Assembly: GCA_026989875.1 (NCBI GenBank)
Contig: JALSIP010000120.1
Span: 1 to 36,169, forward strand
Direction of reading: 5' to 3'
Source of the DNA: an archaeon
Lineage (GTDB): Archaea; Hydrothermarchaeota; Hydrothermarchaeia; Hydrothermarchaeales; BMS3B
DNA length: 36,169 nt
In this document: positions 8,823-19,310 of the stretch, piece by piece
Position numbering within the stretch: position 1 is the stretch's first letter
Layout: each line of letters starts with the position of its first letter
Position numbers and translations under genes: made by a program
The notes under the pieces: generated by a model
What the model saw: only the letters and a program-made list of their open reading frames with translations
The model's database searches: none
Told to the model about the DNA's origin: nothing

Positions 8823-9473
8823 CTACCTCACCTCACCCACGGTGAAGCCCACCGCCTTCTGAGCCATCTCGCTGAGCTTCATTCTGGTGGTGTTTCTCAG
8901 AGCCTCGTAGGTGGCTCTTGTGGTGTTTATGGTGGTTCGCTTCTCACCGAAAGCCTTGCTCCACACGTCAGAAATCCCCGCGAGGGCAAGAATCTTCTTG
9001 CTCACGTCATTGGTAACCAGCCCCGTGCCCCGTGGAGCCGGCAGCAGGGTAATCCGCACGCTTCCCGCTCTTCCGGTAACGGCGAAGGGCACGCTGTGCC
9101 AGGTGCCGCATCCGCACTCCCAGCTACCGCACCCCCTCGCCACCTGGATGATGTTGAGCTTCGCATCCTTTATCGCCTTGCGTATCGCAGGTCCAACCTC
9201 TCTGGCAACTCCCTTGCCCACCCCCACGTATCCGTTCTCATTGCCCACCACCACCGTGGCTCTGAAGCGCATTCTCCTGCCCGACTTGTGCATTCTCTGC
9301 ACCATGGTTATGTCCAGCACCTCTTCCTTCATCCCCGGCAGGAGCACATCCACAATCTCAGGCTCCATTATCCTGAAGCCTCTCCTGAACACCTCTGCTA
9401 TATCCGTTATCTCGCCGCTGCTCACCATCCTGCCCAGTCTGGTTTTCGGCACCCACTCAACCTCATCATTCAT
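8823..9473 (-). CDS. rps5: 30S ribosomal protein uS5
   Basis: [12 protein letters not shown]...[20 protein letters not shown]. Start set to the ATG at 9471-9473, 2 nt after the uL18 stop at 9466-9468. The ORF-track start at 9539 is an in-frame extension into uL18. Confidence 0.9.
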   Translation of the reverse strand: MNDEVEWVPKTRLGRMVSSGEITDIAEVFRRGFRIMEPEIVDVLLPGMKEEVLDITMVQRMHKSGRRMRFRATVVVGNENGYVGVGKGVAREVGPAIRKAIKDAKLNIIQVARGCGSWECGCGTWHSVPFAVTGRAGSVRITLLPAPRGTGLVTNDVSKKILALAGISDVWSKAFGEKRTTINTTRATYEALRNTTRMKLSEMAQKAVGFTVGEVR

Positions 9474-10050
9474 CTCCAGCAGCCTCCCTGATCCTCTCCA
9501 GCACCTCATCAAAATGCTCCGGCAGAGCTTCCGGGTCAAGCCCGCGCTTCAGGTACTCCGAGAAGCGCTGCTTCTTAGCCTCGCCCAGCACCCTTGCGTA
9601 CTCCGCTATATGCTCCCCTCTTATTCTCGCCATCTCCGGCAGCACCTCCTCACTCACAGGTATGCTGAGCCCCGCATCCAGCAGCCCCTTAAGAGCCGCA
9701 AAGCACCTGCCTCCATGCACCGGCGTTCGCAGCCCCAGGTCAGGCACAGCCTCTCTCACGCCCTTTCCGAGCGCACGCTTTCCGAGCAGGTAGCCCACCA
9801 AGTAGGCGGAGCACAGGTTGCGGGTGCCGCCCTTCCAGCCGAACTTCGCAAGCTCTTTGGAATGGGCTGAGGCAAGGGTAACATCACCCTCTGGCTGGTA
9901 CTCAACCAGCTGGGCGACAACATAGCGGTTGGTGAGCCTGACAACCGCCCTGGGCTTGTGAGAAAGCAGCAGCTTGAGGCGCTTCCTGTAGTCGGTTTTG
10001 CCCTCACTCCGCCTTCTGAAGGCAACCCTGTATCTTGCTCCGCCTGCCAT
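9466..10050 (-). CDS. rpl18: 50S ribosomal protein uL18
   Basis: [41 protein letters not shown]. Confidence 0.95.
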   Translation of the reverse strand: MAGGARYRVAFRRRSEGKTDYRKRLKLLLSHKPRAVVRLTNRYVVAQLVEYQPEGDVTLASAHSKELAKFGWKGGTRNLCSAYLVGYLLGKRALGKGVREAVPDLGLRTPVHGGRCFAALKGLLDAGLSIPVSEEVLPEMARIRGEHIAEYARVLGEAKKQRFSEYLKRGLDPEALPEHFDEVLERIREAAGDE

Positions 10051-10056
10051 GCCAGC

Positions 10057-10500
10057 TCACCTGCTCTCCATCTCACTCAGGTAGCTCCGGAGGTGCGCTT
10101 TGCTCCTGAAAGCACCACCCTTTACCATCATGTAGAGCTTCCTGTAGTTCCTCCTGCTTAGCTTCTTCTCATCCCTCAGCTCCCTCAGCAGCCTGCGCAG
10201 CGAGCGCACACTCCGCATCCACCGCTCCTTCTTGCTCAGCCTTGCGTACTTGGAGCCCTTTCTGCTGCCATGCCCGCGTCTTCTGCCCTTCCGCTTCTGC
10301 TGCATCTGCTTCTTCCTGCGGTAGCTGCTGATTCCCCGCTTCTGCTTTGCCTGAATCACGCCTTCCCTGATAAGCCTCCGTATATCCTCTCTGGTGACTG
10401 CCTCTCTGACCTCCTCCTCCGCCTCCGGGTCTATCCATACCCGCTTTCTGCCAGCCTTCAGCAGGGCTGCAGCCAGTCTGCGCTGTGTACGGAGCGTCAT
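10057..10500 (-). CDS. rpl19e: 50S ribosomal protein eL19
   Basis: MTLRTQRRLAAALLKAGRKRVWIDPEA...; archaea/eukaryote-specific. Confidence 0.95.
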   Translation of the reverse strand: MTLRTQRRLAAALLKAGRKRVWIDPEAEEEVREAVTREDIRRLIREGVIQAKQKRGISSYRRKKQMQQKRKGRRRGHGSRKGSKYARLSKKERWMRSVRSLRRLLRELRDEKKLSRRNYRKLYMMVKGGAFRSKAHLRSYLSEMESR

Positions 10501-10851
10501 TCACCTTACCTCCGGGTTGAGTACCTTAATCCCCTTATCCTCTGCAAGCCTCAGAATTTCAAGTCTCTTTCTCCTGCCCACTCCTCCTGCAATGCGCACC
10601 GCCTCTTTCTCCGCGTCCACATCCTCAAGCTGGCCCGGTGTGTGCACCAGCACCTCCCGGTAGCCGGAGGGGTGCAGACCCCTGAGCTCTGCCACGTTGC
10701 CGTAGCCGACCTTTGGCATCAGGAACTTGCCCTTCTTCTGCTTTCTGGTCTTGTTGTGCCTCCCGCGCGGTCTCCGCCAGGAGCTCCTTCTGAGTTTTTT
10801 GTGGCGGTGATAATCAACCCTTTTGAACTCCGGTTTCCTTCTGAGCCTCAT
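10501..10851 (-). CDS. rpl32e: 50S ribosomal protein eL32
   Basis: KPEFKRVDYHRHKKLRRSSWRRPRGRHNKTR. Confidence 0.93.
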   Translation of the reverse strand: MRLRRKPEFKRVDYHRHKKLRRSSWRRPRGRHNKTRKQKKGKFLMPKVGYGNVAELRGLHPSGYREVLVHTPGQLEDVDAEKEAVRIAGGVGRRKRLEILRLAEDKGIKVLNPEVR

Positions 10852-10863
10852 ACCTTCACCATC

Positions 10864-11403
10864 CTACACGGGCACACCATCTCTCTCAACCAGGTATATA
10901 CCATCCTGAAAGGTTCTCGGGTCTCTCCTGCCAGGTCGGGTGAGCTGCTCAATTCTGGCAGCCGTCTGCCCCACCTCCTCCTTGTTTATCCCCTCCACTA
11001 TCACCTCATCCCCCTGCACCTTCACCCTGCAGTTGCCGAATATCTTCACCCTCCTGGGCACCTTCTCACCCAGGTAGTTCTCCACCACCACCTCATCCCC
11101 CTCAACCCTCACGCTCATGGGGAAGTGTGAGTGCACCACCCTGAGCTTGTATGTGAAGCCCTCTGTAACCCCCTTTATCATGTTCTGAATGTGCGCCCTG
11201 AAGGTTCCCACCATGGCTCTGTGCTTTCTGCGGGGCAGCTCAGCCTCTATGAGCACCTTCTCACCCTCTCTTCTTATTCTCACCCCGGGATAAGCCAGCC
11301 TCCTGCGCAGCTCACCCCTGCTGCCGCTCACCACCACCTCATCGCCCTCAACCCTGAGCTCCACGCCTTCCGGCACCGTTATCTCCTCAGCGTATTCAGG
11401 CAT
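10864..11403 (-). CDS. rpl6: 50S ribosomal protein uL6
   Basis: [29 protein letters not shown]...; two-domain length of 179 aa. Confidence 0.95.
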   Translation of the reverse strand: MPEYAEEITVPEGVELRVEGDEVVVSGSRGELRRRLAYPGVRIRREGEKVLIEAELPRRKHRAMVGTFRAHIQNMIKGVTEGFTYKLRVVHSHFPMSVRVEGDEVVVENYLGEKVPRRVKIFGNCRVKVQGDEVIVEGINKEEVGQTAARIEQLTRPGRRDPRTFQDGIYLVERDGVPV

Positions 11404-11413
11404 TCAGCTCACC

Positions 11414-11803
11414 TCAGTAAACATAGGCGATCAGCCTGCCGCCCGTGTTCCTCTCTCTGGCGGCGTAGTGGCTCATTATCCCGAGGGGTGTAGAGATTAC
11501 AATCACCCCGAAGCCGCTTGCTGGAAGAAAGCGCTTCTCATACTTCTCAATTTCCCTGACACCCACAGGGAATCTGGGTCTTATAACCCCGCAGTCGTTG
11601 ATCTTGCCTGCCAGCCTTATCCTGAATATTCCGCCTCTGCCATCCTCTATATACTCGTACTCCTTAAGATACCCGTACTCCCTCATCACGTTCAGAACGC
11701 TGGCTATGAGCTTTGAAGCAGGCTTGACGGTGCACTCCAGCCTGCCGCTGTACTCGCTGTTCTTTATTGTTGAGAGAGCATCTGCAAGCGGATCAAAGCG
11801 CAT
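11414..11803 (-). CDS. rps8: 30S ribosomal protein uS8
   Basis: [43 protein letters not shown]. Confidence 0.95.
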   Translation of the reverse strand: MRFDPLADALSTIKNSEYSGRLECTVKPASKLIASVLNVMREYGYLKEYEYIEDGRGGIFRIRLAGKINDCGVIRPRFPVGVREIEKYEKRFLPASGFGVIVISTPLGIMSHYAARERNTGGRLIAYVY

Positions 11804-11812
11804 TACCTCACC

Positions 11813-11959
11813 TCACTCATACTTCTTGAAGCCAATCTGGGGCGCCACCTCTCTGAAGCAGTGCCTGCAGATGTAAAGCCCGTACCTCCTTATTATAGCC
11901 CCGTAGGTGCCACACCTTCTGCACCTTCTCGTGCCCTTGCCCACACGCCTCTGCGCCAT
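11813..11959 (-). CDS. rps14: 30S ribosomal protein uS14 (zinc-binding type Z)
   Basis: Not in the ORF track because it is under 60 aa. Hand translation from the ATG at 11957-11959 gives [48 protein letters not shown], ending at the TGA at 11813-11815. It has CxxC...CxxC and sits exactly between uL5 and uS8. Confidence 0.92.
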   Translation of the reverse strand: MAQRRVGKGTRRCRRCGTYGAIIRRYGLYICRHCFREVAPQIGFKKYE

Positions 11960-12466
11960 TCACACCACCTCCACACCGAACTCCTGCCTCACAAACTCAA
12001 TCGCCTCATCCTTGGTAACCCTGTGGCTCCTGCCCACCTTCGCGCGCTTGAGCCTGCGGTGCTTCACCCTGTAGCCGGGGCGCTCTATGGCGACGCACAC
12101 GTCCATGCCGTATATCCCCACCATGGGGTCGTACTTAACATCCGGCAGGTCTATGTGCTCCCTTATACCGAAGGCAAAATTCCCGTGCTCATCAAAGCTC
12201 TTAGCGCTCAGCCGCCTGTCCACAGCGCTCAGAGCCCTGTCCAGGAAGCTCAGCGCCCTCTCACCCCTCAGCGTAACCTTGCAGGCTATGGGCAGGTTCT
12301 TTCTTATTCCAAAGGGCTGGATGGTGCGCTTTGCCCTGAGCTGCACTGGCTTCTGACCTGTCAGCTCCTCTAAGAGCTTCTCAGCCTTCGCCAGGCGCTC
12401 ACCTGCCTCGCCCACGCCCATGTTCACCGTCACCTTGGCTATGCGCAGTCTGCGCATGGGGTTCAC
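11960..12466 (-). CDS. rpl5: 50S ribosomal protein uL5
   Basis: [34 protein letters not shown]. Confidence 0.95.
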   Translation of the reverse strand: MNPMRRLRIAKVTVNMGVGEAGERLAKAEKLLEELTGQKPVQLRAKRTIQPFGIRKNLPIACKVTLRGERALSFLDRALSAVDRRLSAKSFDEHGNFAFGIREHIDLPDVKYDPMVGIYGMDVCVAIERPGYRVKHRRLKRAKVGRSHRVTKDEAIEFVRQEFGVEVV

Positions 12467-13200
12467 TGCTCAAACACCCCCCTGAGCACTGGCTCCTGCT
12501 CGCCCACCACAAAAACGTAATCCTCAATGGTCTCAAACCTCTCAGAATCCCTGGAAAGCACCACCACATTCGGCTGGCAGCCTCTGACCTTCCGTATCTC
12601 CTCTATCCTTGCCAGCTCGCCCCTGTGCCTGCCACCTGTTATGTAAGCCAGGCTGCCTGAAGAGTAGCGAAGATGAGCCTTAATCTCCCCGCTCCCTAAG
12701 TCAATCAGCAGCGAATCGCCGGTGGTGTAAACATCCTCCTCCGGCTTCTCGGGATTCTTCACCCTGACCAGCACATTCCTGCCATCATGCAGGTTGAGCT
12801 GCACATGCCCGCCCTTCACTATGGTCTTGTTCTCAATCCTGCACAGCTTGCTGCCCGCCTGCTCAGCTTCAATCTCCCTGAGCACCAGCCTCCCCCGTCT
12901 GTCCATCACCACCAGCCTGTGCACCTCAGCTTCCGGGATGCTGAGCACATCCATCAGCCCCACGGGGTACTTGTGGTCCTTTCTCACCCTTCCGTCCACC
13001 AGCACCTTTCCAGCCTTGATAATCCTCTTCGCCTCTCTGGCATTTCTGGCGTATCCCAGCACGTCTCTTATGAGCACCAGCAGCGGGATGCTTCTGTCTG
13101 CTGGATGCGGACCCGGGGATGGCTTCACTATGAACCTGCTCACCCTCTTCGGAATCTTCAGCACCCTTGGAGCCGTAAGTCGCTTTGCGTGCAAGCTCAT
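12463..13200 (-). CDS. rps4e: 30S ribosomal protein eS4
   Basis: [29 protein letters not shown]...[12 protein letters not shown]. Confidence 0.95.
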   Translation of the reverse strand: MSLHAKRLTAPRVLKIPKRVSRFIVKPSPGPHPADRSIPLLVLIRDVLGYARNAREAKRIIKAGKVLVDGRVRKDHKYPVGLMDVLSIPEAEVHRLVVMDRRGRLVLREIEAEQAGSKLCRIENKTIVKGGHVQLNLHDGRNVLVRVKNPEKPEEDVYTTGDSLLIDLGSGEIKAHLRYSSGSLAYITGGRHRGELARIEEIRKVRGCQPNVVVLSRDSERFETIEDYVFVVGEQEPVLRGVFEQ

Positions 13201-13205
13201 ATCAT

Positions 13206-13556
13206 CTACCTCTCAAGCATCTCCTTTCTCTCCTCATCCCTCAGCTCAAGCTTCACAATCTCAACATTTGAGGGGTGAAGCGGGTAAAGCCTCTCGGTGC
13301 CATCGCTCTTCTGCACCGTCACCCCCGTTACAAATATCCTCATCCTCTTCAGGTCAACTCTCTCCACGATGCCCTCATGACCCTTAAAGTCGCCCCTGAG
13401 CACTCTCACCTTGTCACCCTTTCGCACCGGCAGGCTCCTCCTGCCGTAGTCTTCCCTGAGCTCCCTGCTCAGGTGGGCGCACACCATCTTCTGGCGCCTG
13501 TGCATGGGGGCAGTGTACAGGCGCTTCCTCTGCTTTCTTGGCTGTGTGCTGCTCAT
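13206..13556 (-). CDS. rpl24: 50S ribosomal protein uL24
   Basis: [23 protein letters not shown]...[19 protein letters not shown]. Confidence 0.95.
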   Translation of the reverse strand: MSSTQPRKQRKRLYTAPMHRRQKMVCAHLSRELREDYGRRSLPVRKGDKVRVLRGDFKGHEGIVERVDLKRMRIFVTGVTVQKSDGTERLYPLHPSNVEIVKLELRDEERKEMLER

Positions 13557-13557
13557 A

Positions 13558-13956
13558 CTACACCACCGTGCTCGCCAGGCTGGCTATCTTTGACCAGCGC
13601 TCAGCCGCCTCCTTTGCCACGGCGCCCTTGATTTCGCTGCCCTTTGGCTCGCCCTTCTCATTGGTGATAACCGCGGCGTTGTCCTCAAACTTTATCCTCC
13701 AGCCATTTCTGCGCCGGTACTCCTTGCGCTGGCGTATTATAACCGCCCTCACCACCTGCTTCCTCATCTCTGGCGTGCCCTTCTTAACGCTCGCCACCAC
13801 CATGTCTCCAACACCCGCCTTGGGGTACCTGCGCCTCGTGCCCCTGTAACCTATGACCTGGATGATTTCAATCTCCTTAGCTCCCGTGTTGTCTGCCACG
13901 GTGAGCCTTGCACCGCTCGGAAGCGCTCTGGTAATGTTTGCGGGCACAGCCTTCAT
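13558..13956 (-). CDS. rpl14: 50S ribosomal protein uL14
   Basis: [20 protein letters not shown]...[13 protein letters not shown]. Confidence 0.95.
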   Translation of the reverse strand: MKAVPANITRALPSGARLTVADNTGAKEIEIIQVIGYRGTRRRYPKAGVGDMVVASVKKGTPEMRKQVVRAVIIRQRKEYRRRNGWRIKFEDNAAVITNEKGEPKGSEIKGAVAKEAAERWSKIASLASTVV

Positions 13957-14288
13957 TCCTCTGCCTCCTTTTCAATCACCACAAAACTCTTAGCCTTGCT
14001 TATGGGTCTGCACTCCATGATTTTTACCCTCTCGCCCACCCTTGCGGAGATGCACGGCGGGTTGTGGGCGAGTATTCTGCTCCTGCGCTTCTCGTACCTC
14101 TCGTATTTTTTAATGTAACGAAGGTAATCTTTTTGAACCACCACGCTGTTGTTCATCCTGTCGCTCACCACAGTGCCCTCAATTATCTGTCCCCTCACTT
14201 TGAGGTGCCCGTGGAAGGGGCAGTGCACATCGCTGCACTCCCTCTCAGGAGCCCTAACATCCACACCTATATCGCGCATGCTCATCAC
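13953..14288 (-). CDS. rps17: 30S ribosomal protein uS17
   Basis: [34 protein letters not shown]. Confidence 0.95.
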   Translation of the reverse strand: MMSMRDIGVDVRAPERECSDVHCPFHGHLKVRGQIIEGTVVSDRMNNSVVVQKDYLRYIKKYERYEKRRSRILAHNPPCISARVGERVKIMECRPISKAKSFVVIEKEAEE

Positions 14289-14563
14289 CCTTTTATTCTC
14301 TCCTCAGGTCTGGCAAGGATGCTCTCGCCCTCCACCTCCAGCAGGCGCTCACCCACCACAAACTGAAAGACGGTGCCCTTCTTCGGCACCATCTTCCTGC
14401 CTCTCTCACCCTGAATAACCAGCATGTTCCTGGTCTCATCAACCACCCTTCCAGAGATTCCCACCATTCCGGCATCGCTGGCGCTAACCACCCTGCACTC
14501 CAGACCGATGAGCTCATGCCTGCTCAGATACTTAGCCCTTAGCCTCATTCGCCGCCCTCTCAT
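14285..14563 (-). CDS. rnp1: RNase P protein component 1 (Rpp29/Pop4)
   Basis: [35 protein letters not shown]; conserved archaeal position between uL29 and uS17. The start overlaps the uL29 3' end, and an alternative ATG lies at 14548. Confidence 0.88.
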   Translation of the reverse strand: MRGRRMRLRAKYLSRHELIGLECRVVSASDAGMVGISGRVVDETRNMLVIQGERGRKMVPKKGTVFQFVVGERLLEVEGESILARPEERIKG

Positions 14564-14747
14564 TCATTATCGTCAGTATCCTCGCTATGGTTCTGCGAAT
14601 CTCCCGCACTCTGCCGGGATTCTCGGGTGTGCCGATTGCCGCTGCCTTTGAGCGCTCCTTGAACAGCTCCATTCTCAGCTCCTGCAGCTTCTCCTGCAGC
14701 TCCTCTGTTCCCATGTCCCTGAGCTCACTCGCCCTTATTATCGCCAT
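14532..14747 (-). CDS. rpl29: 50S ribosomal protein uL29
   Basis: MAIIRASELRDMGTEELQEKLQELRMELFKER. Confidence 0.95.
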   Translation of the reverse strand: MAIIRASELRDMGTEELQEKLQELRMELFKERSKAAAIGTPENPGRVREIRRTIARILTIMNERAANEAKG

Positions 14748-15468
14748 CCTGCTTCACCTCAGCCTGCTCTCCCCCAGAGCCGCCCTCCTCCTCTGCTACG
14801 CTCGCCTGCACCTCAGCCTTCTGCTCCTCACCTGCCTCCTGCTGCGGCTCCGCCTCAGCCTCCTTCGCCTTCTCCTCCTGCCTGTACACCACATCATCCG
14901 GCAGCCTCGTGCCGGGCGGCATGATCTTGACCTTAACCCCTATCACCCCGGGCTTGGGTGAGGCTACAGCATACCCCACCCTCACGAACTGCATCGCAGG
15001 CTCGCCGCAGTGCTTCAGGTAGCCGTCCACAAACTTCACGGTCTTCGCCCTCTCCCCGGTGAGCTTGCCGGAGATGGTTATCTCCGCACCCCTCGCCCCT
15101 GCATCCATTATCCTGTGCAGCGCCGTGTAGCCGGCTTTTCTGAAGTGGGTGCCCCTCTCAAGCGCCGCCGCTATGCTCCTCGCCATCACCTGCGGGTTCA
15201 GCTCCGGCACCTCAAGCTCCTGCACCTCAATCTGCGGGTTATCAAGCCCGAACCTGCTCTTGAGTATGGCGGTGAGCTTCCGGATAGCCTGTCCCTTTCG
15301 TCCTATAACCAGCCCCGGGCGCTGCACCCACACCACCACCCTGGTGCCTATGGGGGTGCGCTGCACCTCCACCTCGCCGCAGCCCGTCTTCTCCAGCTCC
15401 CGGTGCAGGAACTCAACCACCTCAAACCTGTGTATGTTGTCCTCTATGAACTTCCTCTCCAGCGCCAT
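14725..15468 (-). CDS. rps3: 30S ribosomal protein uS3 with acidic C-terminal tail
   Basis: KH-domain region RTPIGTRVVVWVQRPGLVIGRKGQAIRKL. The last ~50 aa are E/A/Q/K-rich. The 3' end overlaps the uL29 start by 23 nt. Confidence 0.95.
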   Translation of the reverse strand: MALERKFIEDNIHRFEVVEFLHRELEKTGCGEVEVQRTPIGTRVVVWVQRPGLVIGRKGQAIRKLTAILKSRFGLDNPQIEVQELEVPELNPQVMARSIAAALERGTHFRKAGYTALHRIMDAGARGAEITISGKLTGERAKTVKFVDGYLKHCGEPAMQFVRVGYAVASPKPGVIGVKVKIMPPGTRLPDDVVYRQEEKAKEAEAEPQQEAGEEQKAEVQASVAEEEGGSGGEQAEVKQDGDNKGE

Positions 15469-15929
15469 TACCTCTCCTCCAGCACCACCTCTAAGTGCGT
15501 GGTGGGTGTGTTGTGGGGTGTGGCTCTTGCAAAGGCTCTGGGAATCCAGCCCCTGATAATCCTGCCCCGCTGTGCTGCTATGTGGCGTATGTAGAGCTTC
15601 TCAGCATCCAGCCCCTTGTACTCTGCATTCTTCTCAGCGCTCTCAAGAACCCTGAGCACCAGCATTGCCGCCTTCCTCGGGTACCTGCCAGCGCAGGCTT
15701 TTCTTAACCCCCTGCGGTGTGCAACGCCCTTGAGGTGTCTTCTGAGGGGCAGCGGTCTGCGCATCTCCGCTATGTCAGTCAGGTACGCCTTGGCTCTGCT
15801 CAGCTTCATGCCCCTCAGCTCTCTGGCTATCTCCACGCAGTACTTGGGTGAAACCCTGAGCATTCTGCCCATTGCCCTTGCCGTTTTTTCGGGATTCTCA
15901 GGTTTGAAGGAATAGCCCAGCCTGCCCAT
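15468..15929 (-). CDS. rpl22: 50S ribosomal protein uL22
   Basis: KTARAMGRMLRVSPKYCVEIARELRGMKLSRAKAYL. Confidence 0.95.
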   Translation of the reverse strand: MGRLGYSFKPENPEKTARAMGRMLRVSPKYCVEIARELRGMKLSRAKAYLTDIAEMRRPLPLRRHLKGVAHRRGLRKACAGRYPRKAAMLVLRVLESAEKNAEYKGLDAEKLYIRHIAAQRGRIIRGWIPRAFARATPHNTPTTHLEVVLEER

Positions 15930-15938
15930 ACTCCAACC

Positions 15939-16334
15939 TCACTTGAGCGGTATGTACATGGAGCTTCTCGTAGCACCCACACCCGGTGAGCCGTGCTTCA
16001 CCCTCTTCCTGGTGGGTGCGAACTCTCCTAAGTAGTGTCCTATCATCTCTGGCTTCACCTCAACCCTGACCCACTCCTTGCCGTTGTGCACCTGGAAGGT
16101 CAGACCCACCATGTTCGGCAGTATTATCATGTCCCTGGCATGCGTTCTGAGCTTGACGTTCTTGCCCTCAAGCGCCTTGCTCACCTTCTGCAGCAGCTTC
16201 TTCTGCACCTGCGTGAAGCCCCGCCTCAGGGAGCGCCTCTGCCTGGCTGGCAGCAGCTCGGCAAACTCCTCAAGGCTCATCTTCTTCAGCTCATCAAGCG
16301 TGTAACCACGGTAGGTGAACTCCTTTCTCGCCAT
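15939..16334 (-). CDS. rps19: 30S ribosomal protein uS19
   Basis: [34 protein letters not shown]. Confidence 0.95.
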   Translation of the reverse strand: MARKEFTYRGYTLDELKKMSLEEFAELLPARQRRSLRRGFTQVQKKLLQKVSKALEGKNVKLRTHARDMIILPNMVGLTFQVHNGKEWVRVEVKPEMIGHYLGEFAPTRKRVKHGSPGVGATRSSMYIPLK

Positions 16335-16336
16335 GC

Positions 16337-17056
16337 CTACCTCCTCCCTGTCCTCCTTGCAGCCACCTGCCCTACCTTCTTGCCGGGAGGCATTCTTCTT
16401 GAAATCGTCGTGGGCTTGCCGGGTGAGCGTGAGCCTCCGCCGAAGGGGTGGTCAACGGGATTCATCGCCACCTTCCTCACCACGGGCCAGTACTTTGCCT
16501 TTGAGCGGAGCATGTGGTGCTTCTTCCCAGCCTTCATCACGGGCTTGTCCCTTCTTCCGCCGCCTGCCACCACTCCAACAGCCGCCCTGCACTCGGAGCT
16601 CAGGCTCTTGAAGCTGCCGCTGGGGAGCTGCACCACCGTTGAGTCGCCCTCGTGAGACACCACAAGCCCGTAGCTGCCAGCGCTCCTGATAATCCTGCCA
16701 CCATCGCCTGGCTTCAGCTCAACATTGCACACCGGCGTGCCCTCGGGAATCCTGCCCAGCGGGAGAACGTTGCCCACATTCACAGAGGCTTGAGCACCTG
16801 CCTCAACCACATCTCCCACCCTGACCCCCTCCTGGGCAAGCATGTACCTCCTCTCGCCGGTCTCAAACACCACCTCCAGCAGGGGTGCGGTTCTCCCCGG
16901 GTCGTGCACTATATCCACCACCCTGCCCTTCACCACCCCCTGCTTCTCCGTCTCATCGTAGCGCCTGTACTTCAGGTCGCACCTGTACCTGTGGGAGGGC
17001 GCTCTGAAGACGCTGCCGCCCCTGCCTCTGCGCTGGGATATTATCCTCTTACCCAT
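16337..17056 (-). CDS. rpl2: 50S ribosomal protein uL2
   Basis: [24 protein letters not shown]...[10 protein letters not shown]. Confidence 0.96.
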   Translation of the reverse strand: MGKRIISQRRGRGGSVFRAPSHRYRCDLKYRRYDETEKQGVVKGRVVDIVHDPGRTAPLLEVVFETGERRYMLAQEGVRVGDVVEAGAQASVNVGNVLPLGRIPEGTPVCNVELKPGDGGRIIRSAGSYGLVVSHEGDSTVVQLPSGSFKSLSSECRAAVGVVAGGGRRDKPVMKAGKKHHMLRSKAKYWPVVRKVAMNPVDHPFGGGSRSPGKPTTISRRMPPGKKVGQVAARRTGRR

Positions 17057-17065
17057 GACACCACC

Positions 17066-17320
17066 TCAGAATATACCTGCCTTTGTTGCAACATCCGCGG
17101 CGCTGTACTCGGGTGCAAGGCGCACGTAAGCCTTCTTCCGCCCGCGGTGAATGCAGGTGTTGACCTTCATCACCTTCACCTCGTACATTTCCTCAATAGC
17201 CCTCTTAATCTGCTGTCTGTTTGCGCTCCTTGAAACTATAAACACCAGCTTGTTCTCTCTCTCCAGCATCTTCATTGACTTTTCGGTTACGTCCGGGGAA
17301 ATTATCACCTCAGTGCCCAT
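17066..17320 (-). CDS. rpl23: 50S ribosomal protein uL23
   Basis: ISPDVTEKSMKMLERENKLVFIVSRSANRQQIKRAIEEMYEVKV. Confidence 0.95.
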   Translation of the reverse strand: MGTEVIISPDVTEKSMKMLERENKLVFIVSRSANRQQIKRAIEEMYEVKVMKVNTCIHRGRKKAYVRLAPEYSAADVATKAGIF

Positions 17321-18090
17321 GGCTCAAACCTCTCCTCAAGCACGCTTAAAGAGCTTTCAGTGTAAATCGTGAGCCTCCCGGGATGAGCTCCCGGTGCAAG
17401 ATGCTCGGCGCTCAGCTCCTCAGCAGTAACCACGTCCACTCCTGGAAGGTTTCTCGCACCCCTGCCTATGCCCCTGTCCCGCGCCACGACCACCAGCACG
17501 CTCCTGCCGCACCTGCGCCTCCTGCCGCGCATCTTGCCTTTCCCCGCCCTTATCTTGCGCCTCTCAGCCCTCTCTATGTCGCCCGCGATGCCGAGGGCAG
17601 AGAATACAGAAAGCACGTCCTTGGCTTTTGAAACCTCCTCAAGGGCATCCTCAACCACTATAGGCAGGGTTTCGGCGGCAAATACATGCCCCCTTGAGCG
17701 CACGAGCTCGGGCGAGGCAGTTGCCGCAATCGCCGAGGCTATCGCCTTGAGCCTCTCCTTGCGGTTTATCTTCTCGTACAGCACCTTCTCAGCCTTGGGC
17801 GGATGCGCCCTCCTCCCGCCAACCGCCTGCGGAACAAAAGCCGCCCTGCCGGCGGCAGGGTGCCTGCTTCCCTTCACCCTGGGCACCCTTGAGACTCCAT
17901 GCCCCGGACCCCAGGATTCGGCGGAGGTGCGCTTCCCGGCCATCGGGTCTGCGCCGTACCTCTGCAGCCGGTGGGACTGCTGCGCTATAACCGCCCTCTT
18001 TATCAGGTCGGGACGGTATGGCGCTGAGAACACTGCAGGAAGCTCCACGTCACCCTTAACGCTGCCGTCCAGAGAATAAACGCTAACCAT
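17305..18090 (-). CDS. rpl4: 50S ribosomal protein uL4
   Basis: VYSLDGSVKGDVELPAVFSAPYRPDLIKRAV...GPGHGVSRVPR. Confidence 0.95.
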   Translation of the reverse strand: MVSVYSLDGSVKGDVELPAVFSAPYRPDLIKRAVIAQQSHRLQRYGADPMAGKRTSAESWGPGHGVSRVPRVKGSRHPAAGRAAFVPQAVGGRRAHPPKAEKVLYEKINRKERLKAIASAIAATASPELVRSRGHVFAAETLPIVVEDALEEVSKAKDVLSVFSALGIAGDIERAERRKIRAGKGKMRGRRRRCGRSVLVVVARDRGIGRGARNLPGVDVVTAEELSAEHLAPGAHPGRLTIYTESSLSVLEERFEPWALR

Positions 18091-18093
18091 CGC

Positions 18094-19107
18094 CTACACC
18101 CCCTGCTTTGAGCTGGTGCTCACGTGCACCAGCTTTGGCTCACCTTCCGGCATGCGCCTGGGCGGTCGCACCGCCGGGCGCAGGCGCACCAGCCTCTTCC
18201 TCGGTCCCGGCACCGAGCCCTCAAGCAGCACAAAGTCGCTTCTGACAACCCCGTAGCCTATAAAACCTCCAGCAGGGGTAATCTCCACCTCCCTTCCATC
18301 CAGGGTGAGCACGCCCTCCTTTCCCAGCGCGAGAATGCGCTTGTTGTACTCGGTGCGGTGGTGGTAGCCCATCTGCCCGCTCTGGGGCACTGACCACATC
18401 ATCGCCGAGGGATGCCATGGCCCCAGAGTGCCGGCTCTTCTCCTGCCCTTTCTGGTCTTGTGGTGCAGAATCTTGACACCCCACCTGCGCACCGAGCTCT
18501 GGAAGCCCTTGCCCTTGGTAACCGCCGCGACATCCACCAGCTCACCCACAGAGAGCAGCTCAGAAACCGCAAGCACCCCGCCCAGCTTTTCGGAAGCATA
18601 CTTCAGAGCCTCCTCCGGTGAGCCGGAAACCGGGAACTCCATGACCTCGGGCGTTTTCTTGCCTATGCCAGCCTTCCAGGGCTGGGTATGCACCAGCAGC
18701 CGCACCTCCGCCGTGCTGTTAGCATACCCCTCAATGTCCTCCGCCCCCCTGCGCTTCTTGGGGAGCCTGAGCACCCTGCCCAGGTTAGCGTGCACCTTCT
18801 CAGCCCAGCACTCGGTGAGGGTTCTCAGACCATTGGTGGTTCTGGTGTAGAGTCTTATGCCAAACACCGCAAGCGGTGGCGTCTCAAGCACCGTCGCCGC
18901 CACCACAATCTCCTGTCCGTGAGTTATTGAGTGCGGATAATCATCTACCCGCACCACATGCGTCATACCTGCCTTGTATCCTGCAAACCCCCGGACACCC
19001 GCTCCGGCTGCTGTCCACGTCCTGAACCTGGGTACAGGTGAGGCTGCCCTCTTCCTGGGGCTGTACCCCAGGCTTCCACGGTGCGGGTGATGTGCCTTCT
19101 TTCCCAT
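18094..19107 (-). CDS. rpl3: 50S ribosomal protein uL3
   Basis: MGKKAHHPHRGSLGYSPRKRA... from the ATG at 19105-19107, with AGGTGA upstream. The ORF-track start at 19203 adds 32 non-conserved residues. First gene of the cluster. Confidence 0.93.
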   Translation of the reverse strand: MGKKAHHPHRGSLGYSPRKRAASPVPRFRTWTAAGAGVRGFAGYKAGMTHVVRVDDYPHSITHGQEIVVAATVLETPPLAVFGIRLYTRTTNGLRTLTECWAEKVHANLGRVLRLPKKRRGAEDIEGYANSTAEVRLLVHTQPWKAGIGKKTPEVMEFPVSGSPEEALKYASEKLGGVLAVSELLSVGELVDVAAVTKGKGFQSSVRRWGVKILHHKTRKGRRRAGTLGPWHPSAMMWSVPQSGQMGYHHRTEYNKRILALGKEGVLTLDGREVEITPAGGFIGYGVVRSDFVLLEGSVPGPRKRLVRLRPAVRPPRRMPEGEPKLVHVSTSSKQGV

Positions 19108-19310
19108 CTGTTCACCTCTGCAGATGTTGGGTCCAGAAAATCCTCCGCGGTTCTGGATAGCGGATGAATGAGCTTTCAGGGATGCTGCAGGTAACATGCG
19201 CAAGTATTATGGTAAGAGTTAAAGCGTGTGTGTACAAGATTAAAAATGATTTTAATAGTTACTTCCTCACATAGCGGTAGGTTTAATACCCGGCATGGAA
19301 GGTGTTACTT
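19108..19310. promoter_or_regulatory. divergent promoter region (uL3 operon leftward, radical SAM gene rightward)
   Basis: AT-rich core gattaaaaatgattttaatagtt (19238-19260) is usable as a TATA on either strand, and gtttaatacc lies at 19281-19290. The leader of the uL3 operon contains a 7-bp hairpin at 19132-19157. Confidence 0.5.

Noticed and set aside
10169-10504. Same-strand alternative-frame ORFs inside ribosomal genes (10169-10504, 14293-14517, 9756-10076).
   Set aside because: They are Gly/Arg/Ala-rich out-of-frame translations of eL19, Rpp29 and uL18, with no independent start signals.
8340-11130. Very long plus-strand ORFs (383, 319 and 286 aa) running antisense through the ribosomal protein genes.
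   Set aside because: Their translations are His/Pro/Leu/Ser/Arg-rich and have no recognisable domains. They fully overlap universally conserved genes on the other strand. They are the expected stop-codon-poor antisense frames of GC3-rich coding DNA.
14725-14900. Low-complexity GC-rich repeat-like DNA (ctcctc/ctgc runs) at the uS3 3' end, considered as a repeat element.
   Set aside because: It is in frame and encodes an acidic E/A/Q/K-rich C-terminal tail of uS3. It is a coding low-complexity region, not an independent repeat.
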